Below are positions 52,501 to 62,200 of a DNA stretch of 64,000 bases, piece after piece. The translations under genes were made by a program, and so were the position numbers. The stretch comes from Flectonema sp. DT1601 (lineage: Eukaryota). The notes under the pieces were generated by a model. It was not told the DNA's origin. It saw nothing but the letters and a program-made list of their open reading frames with translations, and made no database searches. How positions within the stretch are numbered: position 1 is the first letter of the stretch; the number at the start of each line of letters is the position of its first letter. Where the stretch lies: the NCBI GenBank assembly GCA_964019425.1, contig OZ025793.1, positions 310,001 through 374,000 of the forward strand, read 5' to 3'.

Positions 52501-52970
52501 TCTCCGTTAAAGAGAATACACCTATTGCGAGACAATGGTCCGAGGGTAGGATTGACTTACTCGAGAACTACTGTCGAGCAGTAGATGACTCTCTCGAAAC
52601 AAACGAGAAAGCGGCAGAGCTCTCAGAACAACTTCTGGATGCCCAACTTCGCCTCTCGGAGCTGAATCACCAACGGTGTACAACTCACGCAGAGCAGCTT
52701 GAGCAATCCATGATGTTAACGGGACTGGCGAGCGATTTAAATGCTCAACTCGCTTTGGCACGGTCTCAAATTGCGGCCCTGAAGTTCCAATTAGCTTCAT
52801 GGGCAGAAGGTTTGAGTCCGCCAGACACAGAAGAACATGAGGAAAATGAAACTCCGCCGAGAAAGTCTGAGCGTTCAACTCTGAAAAAACGAACCCCTCC
52901 ATCAAGATATCGTTACAATCGAAGGAGATGTTCTGCTGATGACGTTCACGGTGACTCCACCCCCTTGTAA
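45326..52970 (+). pseudogene. Retrotransposon ORF (ZnF, RT, CCHC, RLE, long C-terminal extension; ~1708 aa when rejoined), interrupted at 47470-49987
   Basis: CPLC and CPEC fingers; RT motifs APGPNCI, RPIA, QKGF, VDLADAFGSV, GVFQG and AFADD (47078-47092), FKYLG; CVLC..H..C, WRHDSVL and RPD..ILELTCP..K..KY endonuclease. Confidence 0.93.
47470..49987 (+). mobile_element. 5'-truncated copy of the element's own 3' region inserted in its ORF
   Basis: The empty site ATGATCCA|TGACTTATC is present at 61816-61832. The insert ends in TCGAAATTC and has no TSD. Confidence 0.92.
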
Positions 52971-53304
52971 TTCTCTTTTTCCTTACTTTCACATCACTTT
53001 GTTTATTTAGTTTTTTAGCTTATTTATTATTTATTGTTCGTTTTTGTTTGTATTATTTTATCGATATGTTTATGTCCGTCAGATCATAACGTTAATCAGG
53101 TTAATTGTTAATTGTTAATTATAAATGGTCTAAACCCCAATCCAAGTTCCCAAGGCTTGGCATAGATTTGAGTGACGCCTTACTGGCCTCCTCATCCTCT
53201 ATGAGTGGTGAGGGGGCCAGCAATGGTTTTTTTTTTTTTCTCTTATTTCTTTTTTTCTTTTTCTTTTACTCTAATATGAAATATTTTTGAACAAAATGTG
53301 ATTA

Positions 53305-53336
<32 letters not shown>

Positions 53337-54186
53337 TGTAAATGAATAATAAAAAAAAAAAAAAAAAAAAATCATGCCTTGGGAATACAACCAAAGCCCC
53401 AATTAATCGGTCCTTTCTTTTTTCCTTCTTGTCAAGTGATCGCTCCACTCGTCGATCACCAAAACCGATTGTATTTATATCTGTTCTTTTCTCAACGATC
53501 GGCTATACCGATCATTTTTTTTAAAAATAATTGTTTTCTTCTTCTCGACGATCAGATCCAATTGATCGACCTTTTCTTTTTTTTTCCTTTATTCCTTCCA
53601 TCCCTCCCGCTCCCCTTATTTTAATAAAAACAAGATCAGCTCAGCTTGATCGTTAAACTTTTTTTATTTATTTATTTTTTTTTTTTATTTATTTAAACTG
53701 ATTGTATTTATATCTGGTTATTTTTCTCAACGATCGGCTATGCCGATCGACCTTTAAAATAATTGTCTTCTTCTTCTCGACGACCAGATCCAATTGATCG
53801 ACCTTTTCTTTTTTTTTCCCTTTATTCCTTCCATCCCTCCCGCTCCCCTTATTTTAATAAAAACAAGATCAGCTCAGCTTGATCGTTATTTATTTATTTA
53901 TTTATATATTTTTTTTTTTTTTTTTTTTTTTTTTGTTGGTCCTAGTCAAGACCTTAAACTGACTAATCGGTCTTAACTTTAACTAAGTGAATGAACCCTT
54001 TCCGTTTTCCTTTTCCCTTTATTACTCTCTATCTGGTCTGTTATGTCATAAATCTCATTTAATTTTATCATTCATTTTAATTTTCACTGTTTCCCATCTA
54101 CATTTTATTTTCAAATAGTTCCGGTCTGTCTCTGATGATAAATTAAACTGATCATGTTAACTCAATTTTTTTTTTATTATGTGCAA

Positions 54187-54285
54187 GAGATACCAACACG
54201 CAAGAGATACCAACGCACATACGAGATACCAGCACTTCCGAGATACCGACACACAAGAGATACCAAGACACTTAAGATACCAGCA
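54187..54285 (+). repeat. Six iterated AGATACC motifs at ~16-19-nt spacing
   Basis: GAGATACCAAC, GAGATACCAAC, GAGATACCAGC, GAGATACCGAC, GAGATACCAAG, AAGATACCAGC; conserved in the inverted copy at ~39672-39772. Confidence 0.8.
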
Positions 54286-54480
54286 AGGACAGTGAGAGGT
54301 AGAATGAACTCTCCTCCTTGTGTCCGATCCTGATTATTTTTTGTTGAATTGGTAGTGTTACCTCATTTTGCTACTCTCGTATCTGTGTTGTGTTAACTCA
54401 TGTAAGTGATCTTAACTCCTGTTAAATAAAAAAAAAAAAATTTCAAAAAAAAAGAAATTAAAAAAGAAGAATTTTCAAAT

Positions 54481-54681
54481 AAAAAAAAAAAAAAAAAAGG
54501 CTGAATTTCGATAAGTGGGAAGTAACGGACTGGGAGCTTTTGGCTCCTGCCCTATTCCCGACGTAAACTTTCTTTTTATTTTTTTTTTTTTTTTAACAGG
54601 CCCAAAGGGCGACAATGATGGTTGCTGACCAAGGAATAATATTCAAATGAATTTTCGTTTCAAAGAAACGAACAGAATTAA
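54481..54681 (-). mobile_element. Inverted ~180-bp HERO 3' terminus plus AGCC-T18, inserted in the 3' region
   Basis: Absent from the homologous site at ~39470-39485. Confidence 0.85.
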
Positions 54682-54789
54682 GTTATATCAACCCCTGCCA
54701 CCCATTATGATCAATTCCGCTTGTTTTTTTTTTTTTCTTTTTTCTTCTTTCTTTTCTTCAAATATAAAAAAAAATTAAAAAATATAAAA

Positions 54790-57700
54790 GATGAAACAAT
54801 GTTATCATTGTTTTTTTTATCGATCGACTATGTCGATTACTTCCAGTTTTCCGTCCTGGTCAAGACGCTAAACTGATTGTTTTTTTTTTTTTTTTTTTTT
54901 AAAAAATTAATAAAAAGAATATATTAAAAAAAAAAAAAAAAAGAATAAACAATGTTATCATTGTTTTTTTTTTTATCGTTCGACTCTGTCGACTAATTTC
55001 TATTTTCCGTTTCTTTTCTTTAAATAATAAATAAAAAGAATTTAAAATAAAAAAAAGGAATAAACAATGTTATCATTGTTTTTTTATCGATCGACTATGT
55101 CGATTACTTTCTATTTTCCGTCCTGGTCAAGACGCTAAACTGATTGTTTTTTTTTCAAAATTAATAAAAAAGAATATTAAAAAAAAAAAAAAAAAAAAAA
55201 AAGAATAAACAATGTTATCATTGTTTTTTTTTATTGTTCGACTTTGTTGACTAATTTCTATTTTCCGTTTTTTTTCTTTAAAAAATAAATAAAAAGAATT
55301 TAAAATAAAAAAAAAGAATAAACAATGTTATCATTGTTTTTTTATCGATCGACTATGTCGATCACTTTCTATTTTCCGTCCTGGTCAAGACGCTAAACTG
55401 ATTGTTTTTTTTTCAAAATTAATAAAAAAGAATATAAAAAAAAAAAAAAAAAAAAAAAGAATAAACAATGTTATCATTGTTTTTTTTATCGTTCGACTTT
55501 GTTGACTAATTTCTATTTTCTGTTTTTTTTTCTTTAAAAAAAAAATAAATAAAAAGAATTTAAAATAAAAAAAAAGAATAAACAATGTTATCATTGTTTT
55601 TTTATCGATCGACTATGTCGATCACTTTCTATTTTCCGTCCTGGTCAAGACGCTAAACTGATTGTTTTTTTTTCAAAATTAATAAAAAAGAATATAAAAA
55701 AAAAAAAAAAAAAAAGAATAAACAATGTTATCATTGTTTTTTTTTTTATCGTTCGACTTTGTCGACTAATTTCTATTTTCCGTTTCTTTTCTTTAAAGAA
55801 TAAATAAAAAGAATTTAAAATAAAAAAAAAAGAATAAACAATGTTATCATTGTTTTTTTTATCGATCGACTATGTCGATCACTTTCTATTTTCCGTCCTG
55901 GTCAAGACGCTAAACTGATTGTTTTTTTTTTTCAAAATTAATAAAAAAGAATATAAAAAAATACAAAAAAAAGAATAAACAATGTTATCATTGTTTTTTT
56001 TATCGTTCGACTTTGTCGACTAATTTCTATTTTCCGTTTTTTTTCTTTAAAAAATAAATAAAAAGAATTTAAAATAAAAAAAAAGAATAAACAATGTTAT
56101 CATTGTTTTTTTTATCGATCGACTATGTCGATCACTTTCTATTTTCCGTCCTGGTCAAGACGCTAAACTGATTGTTTTTTTTTCAAAATTAATAAAAAAA
56201 AAAAAAAAAAAAAAAGAATAAACAATGTTATCATTGTTTTTTTTATCGTTCGACTTTGTTGACTAATTTCTATTTTCCGTTTTTTTTCTTTAAAAAATAA
56301 ATAAAAAGATTTTAAATAAAAAAAAAGAATAAACAATGTTACCATTGTTTTTTTATCGATCGACTATGTCGATCACTTTCTATTTTCCGTCCTGGTCAAG
56401 ACGCTAAACTGATTGTTTTTTTTTTCAAAATTAATAAAAAAGAATATAAGAAAAAAAAAAAAAAAGAATAAACAATGTTATCATTGTTTTTTTTTATCGT
56501 TCGACTTTGTCGACTAATTTCTATTTTCCGTTTCTTTTCTTTAAAGAATAAATAAAAAGAATTTAAAATAAAAAAAAAGAATAAACAATGTTATCATTGT
56601 TTTTTTATCGATCGACTATGTCGATCACTTTCTATTTTCCGTCCTGGTCAAGACGCTAAACTGATTGTTTTTTTTTTTTCAAAATTAATAAAAAAGAATA
56701 TAAAAAAAAAAAAAAAAAAGGAAAAACAATGTTATCATTGTTTTTTTTTTATCGTTCGACTTTGTCGACTAATTTCTATTTTCCGTTTCTTTTCTTTAAA
56801 GAATAAATAAAAAGAATTTAAAATAAAAAAAAAGAATAAACAATGTTATCATTGTTTTTTTTTGTCGATCGACTATGTCGATCACTTTCTATTTTCCGTC
56901 CTGGTCAAGACGCTAAACTGATTGTTTTTTTTTTTCAAATTAATAAAAAAGAATATAAAAAAATACAAAAAAAAGAATAAACAATGTTATCATTGTTTTT
57001 TTTATCGTTCGACTTTGTCGACTAATTTCTATTTTCCGTTTTTTTTTTTCTCTTTAAAAAATAAATAAAAAGAATCTAAAATAAAAAAAAAGAATAAACA
57101 ATGTTATCATTGTTTTTTTATCGATCGACTATGTCGATCACTTTCTATTTTCCGTCCTGGTCAAGACGCTAAACTGATTGTTTTATTTTTTTTTTCAAAA
57201 TTAATAAAAAAGAATATTAAAAAAAATACAAAAAAAAAAAGAATAAACAATGTTATCATTGTTTTTTTTTTTATCGTTCGACTTTGTCGACTAATTTCTA
57301 TTTTCCGTTTTTTTTCTTTAAAAAATAAATAAAAAGAATTTAAAATAAAAAAAAAGAATAAACAATGTTATCATTGTTTTTTTTTATCGATCGACTATGT
57401 CGATTACTTTCTATTTTCCGTCCTGGTCAAGACGCTAAACTGATTGTTTTTTTTTTCAAAATAAAAAAAATATTAAAAAAAAAAAATAAAAAAAAAGAAT
57501 AAACAATGTTATCATTGTTTTTTTTTTTATCGTTCGACTTTGTTGACTAATTTCTATTTCCGTTTTTTTTCTTTAAAAAATAAATAAAAAGAATTTAAAA
57601 AAAAAAAAAAAAAAAAGAATAAACAATGTTATCATTGTTTTTTTTTATCGATCGACTATGTCGATTACTTTCTATTTTCCGTCCTGGTCAAGACGCTAAA

Positions 57701-58800
57701 CTGATTGTTTTTTTTTCAAAATAAAAAAAATATTAAAAAAAAAAAAATAAAAAAAAGAATAAACAATGTTATCATTGTTTTTTTTTATCGTTCGACTTTG
57801 TTGACTAATTTCTATTTTCCGTTTTTTTTCTTTAAAAAATAAATAAAAAGAATTTAAAAAAAAAAAAAAAAAAAGAATAAACAATGTTATCATTGTTTTT
57901 TTTATCGATCGACTATGTCGATTACTTTCTATTTTCCGTCCTGGTCAAGACGCTAAACTGATTGTTTTTTTTTCAAAATAAAAAAAAAATATTAAAAAAA
58001 AAAAATAAAAAAAAAGAATAAACAATGTTATCATTGTTTTTTTTTATCGTTCGACTTTGTTGACTAATTTCTATTTTCCGTTTTTTTTCTTTAAAAAATT
58101 AATAAAAAGAATTTAAAAAAAAAAAAAAAAAAAAAAAAGAATAAACAATGTTATCATTGTTTTTTTTATCGATCGACTATGTCGATTACTTTCTATTTTC
58201 CGTCCTGGTCAAGACGCTAAACTGATTGTTTTTTTTTTCAAAATTAATAAAAAAGAATATAAAAAAATAAAAAAAAAAAGAATAAACAATGTTATCATTG
58301 TGTTTTTTTTATCGTTCGACTTTGTTGACTAATTTCTATTTTCCATTTTTTTTTTCTTTTTAAAAAATAAATAAAAAGAATTAAAAAAAAAAAAAAAAAA
58401 AAAGAATAAACAATGTTATCATTGTTTTTTTTTATCGATCGACTATGTCGATTACTTTCTATTTTCCGTCCTGGTCAGGACGCTAAACTGATTGTTTTTT
58501 CTTTAAAAATAAATAAAAAGAATAAAAAAAAAAAAAAGGAATAAACAATGTTATCATTGTTTTTTTTTATCGATCGACTATGTCGATTACTTACTATTTT
58601 CCGTCCTGGTCAAGACGCTAAACTGATTGTTTTTTCTTTAAAATAATTAAAAAGATTTAAAAAAAAAAAAAAAAAAAAAAAATGAATAAACAATGTTATC
58701 ATTGTTTTTTTTTCTATCGATCAACTATGTCGATTAATTTCTATTTTCCGTCCTGATCGAGACGCTAAACTGATTGTTTCCTTTTTTTAAATAATAAATA
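54790..58800 (+). repeat. ~4-kb satellite of alternating long (~135 bp) and short (~112 bp) hairpin-containing monomers inside the retroelement 3' region
   Basis: Dimer period ~240-255 bp; conserved palindromic cores separated by variable poly(A)/poly(T) tracts. Confidence 0.92.
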
Positions 58801-58946
58801 AGAAAAAAAAAAAAAAAAAAAAAAAAAGAGCATCTCCCTGCTATCCCTCATATCCCCACAATAATATTATACCTTTTCATTTTCTCTTTCCTTTTCTGGT
58901 CTTTTTTTTTTCTTTTTTTTCCTTTTTCATACAACGTTTTTTATTT

Positions 58947-58977
<31 letters not shown>

Positions 58978-59233
58978 ATGTTTGATTATTTCCTCTTCAT
59001 TTTTTTTTTCTTTTCTTTTCTTTCTTTTTTTTTTTTTTTCCTCTGCCTCTCTCTTAATTCTGTTCGTTTCTTTGAAACGAAAATTCATTTGAATATTATT
59101 CCTTGGTCAGCAACCATCATTGTCGCCCTTTGGGCCTGTTAAAAAAAAAATAAAAATAAAAAGAAAGTTTACATCGGGAATAGGGCAGGAGCCAAAAGCT
59201 CCCAGTCCGTTACTTCCCACTTTATCGAAATTC

Positions 59234-62200
59234 AGCTTTTTGTGGAGCTATCCACTCTGCGGTCTTTTTAGGCCCCTCTATCTCCTTTGCTTTATAAGAC
59301 CCAATGTTTCTTCTCATCCAATTGCTTTTCTCAAGTTGCCTCTTCGGCATTCATTTGCCAACCACATTATTTATCAAAATATATATTATAAACAAGTAGT
59401 TACTCCGATTTTTCTGTTTTAGAGCGTAGCTCGTTTTCCTTTAAACAGTATTTACCAAAAAAAAAACTCTAGGGTTAGCTGCCCGAAATTAAAAAAAAAA
59501 GGAATAGTTTAAAAAAAAAGATCTTAACTCATCGATATTGTTTCTGAGCCATTCTCTTTTCTATTTTTTTTTTTTTTTTTATTATTGCTACTTCACAACA
59601 AAAAAAAAAAGAAACACCGGGCCGGCGGTGTCATAAAGATACTGGCAACCATCTCTCAGCCAACCCAGCCCCCGAGGCTTTGCAAGAGGCTATTTCGAGA
59701 TCGGCTCTGGATGGGGATAAAACTTTAGTAGCCAAATGTCCTTTATGTTTTGAGACATACCTCAAAGGTCCAGTTGCGCATTTTAGACGTAACTGTAAGT
59801 TTAGTAAGGAATTTAAGGACTATAAGTCACGTTTTCCCCCATCTACCCACTCCCAAGTTAAAGATTGTTACCACTTACCTTGTCCAGAATGTGGTAAGCT
59901 TTTCAAAAGTATCGCTACGAGAGCGAAACACTGTGTTAACGGTACATGTAAAGGTACACCTCTGTCTCCCCTCACAGGGAATAATTCAGACCTGGAACCT
60001 CCCTTTGTAGGAGAATCTGTAGATTTTAAAACTTCACAAACAGCTTTCGTTCCTTATAACTCTACAACACCCACTTTTACCCCGTTACACCCGTCTCGTC
60101 TCAAATTCCGATCTTTTGGAACTGAATGGAAGGACATCGACGTTTCTGCTGCAGAAAAACTTCAAACTTTCACCGTCGAAACAGAAAACTCTTCAAAACC
60201 TGCCGACCAACTTGATAAACTACTCAAAACGGTTTATCAAATATGTAGCGGTTTCTTTGAAGAAACAAAGCGGAATTTACCCCGCAAACAGAAATCAAGG
60301 GAAGAGGTCATCCTCGACCAAGAAAAACTTGAATGTCGTCTGGAAATGAAACAGCTAAGACAGGAGCTCCGCAAATCAGGGCCTTCTATAGAGAACGCTG
60401 TCAAATGGAAAGAGGCAAGAACGAGAATGAAAAGGATTTTCCGAATGTATCGGAATTTAGAAAAGAAAAATTTATTCAAAAAATTACAAGATAAATTTCG
60501 TCAAAATCCGTTTACTGCCATAAAAGAAGAACTCCAAAAAGAAGATCCTCAACCCCCCTCCCTTGATATTCCAGAGGAAAAAATAATTGAACATTTTAAA
60601 AACAATTATTGTGACAATGAAAAAAAAAAAACTGATTTCACCCATCCCTCTTTTTTACCTAAGTCTGACTACAAGACAATGGATGATATCCAGTTCCCGA
60701 GCTTCGAACAGTTTGGTATTCTCTTATCAAAGAAAAAAAACAAATGTGCCCCTGGTCCCAATTGCATACCTTATGTTGTATGGAAAAAGGTCCCAACTTT
60801 TATGGAAGCACTTTACAAGGTATTAAAGAGAATTTTCGAACTCAAGGCCTATCCGGATAGTTGGGGCTTAGCATTTGTAACAATGCTCCCAAAGCCCAAC
60901 TCCGATGGGAAAGACATCTCGAAAACGAGACCGATAGCTGTGGGCAACTGCGACGGGAAAATTTTTAATACGGTTATTCAGGAAGCCGTCGCAAGCCACA
61001 CTCTTTCTAAATTTAATTTTCAAAAAGGCTTTAGGAAAGGTGTCTCTGGGTGTATCGAACATGCCACGATCACCTCAGAGATTTTTAAAGAAGTGAAAGC
61101 TCTCCGGAAAAACCTAACAATTGTCTGGGTGGATTTGGCAGATGCTTTCGGCTCAGTCAAACATCAATTAATTTTCTTTGCTTTAAAATATTTCGGAATT
61201 CACGAAAGAATAATCGGTTTCTATAAAAGGTATTATTCCTCCATGCGCGTCCAAATCAGAGTTGGAGAAGGCCTGACGCCCACTATCCCTTTTGAAGTTG
61301 GTGTCTTTCAAGGCTGCGTTTCCTCCCCAACCCTTTTTAATTTGGTATTCCAACTACTGCTCTTTTCCTTAGCAGTTCATCAACAGGAAGCCTACGAGTT
61401 TAACAATAAATCCCTCCAACTATTAGTTGCAGCTTTTGCTGATGATTTACAACTTACCACGTCATCAAAGGCGGGGGCAAAATTGCTAATCAAGTCGCTC
61501 GAACAGTTTCTTTCCTGGTCTCGTGGTATGAAAGCGAAACCCCAGAAATGCATTGCCCACAGCTTTGTACAAGGGAAACCAGCTAACCCGGACCTGAAGA
61601 TTAACAATGTTCCGATTACGAATCTCCAGGAAGCTGGAGAGTTCAAATACCTCGGGCGTTGGTTTGAGCCGAACGCCAAAGAACAGAAATTGCGAGAGCG
61701 CCTGACCACTTTTACCAGGAATTTTTTAAAAAAAGTCGACGCCATGCCACTATATGGGTCTCAGAAGGCTTGGTCTGTCCAACACTTGTTATTGTCAAGG
61801 TTAACATGGAGTTTAATGATCCATGACTTATCTCTCCCTTTTGCCAAAAAAATGGACAAAATTATTAAACCTTTTTTGAAGAAATGGTGGGGATTTGTCC
61901 GCTCTGCGAACACAGTCATCCTTTTTACCGGTTCAAAGAATACTGTTGGTCTCAGACACAAAAGAGTTGAGACGCTATATAAACAAGCGCAATCAATTAA
62001 ACTAGACATCCTCAGATCCTCACAGGACTCTGACATGCACGGTGTCTACAATGTTATTATGGAGAAATCGTCCAACTGGTCGAAAAAGTTTTCAGCTTCT
62101 GCTGAGTGGGAGCGCCTTATTAAGTTTTTTTCTTACCGTTCTCTTGCGAAGCAATCAGCTGGTCTTGGTCACCGATTGCGCGATCTACGTACTACTCGCC

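Larger units (their letters stand above)
44880..59233 (+). mobile_element. HERO-like RLE non-LTR retrotransposon, full unit, disrupted by a 2518-bp self-insertion
   Basis: Bounded by identical GAAATTC|AGCTTTTTG junctions; contains the ZnF-RT-CCHC-RLE ORF and a ~6.3-kb 3' region. Confidence 0.85.

Noticed and set aside
28948..57893. Many short F/K-rich ORFs and repeated MPQAGPAF/MQVSTHD ORFs
   Set aside because: These are translations of homopolymer satellite or antisense family A sequence; the stops vary between copies and no domain is recognisable.
54790..58800. CRISPR-like array of palindromic repeats
   Set aside because: The intervening sequences are homopolymer tracts, not unique spacers; there are no cas genes and the context is eukaryotic.
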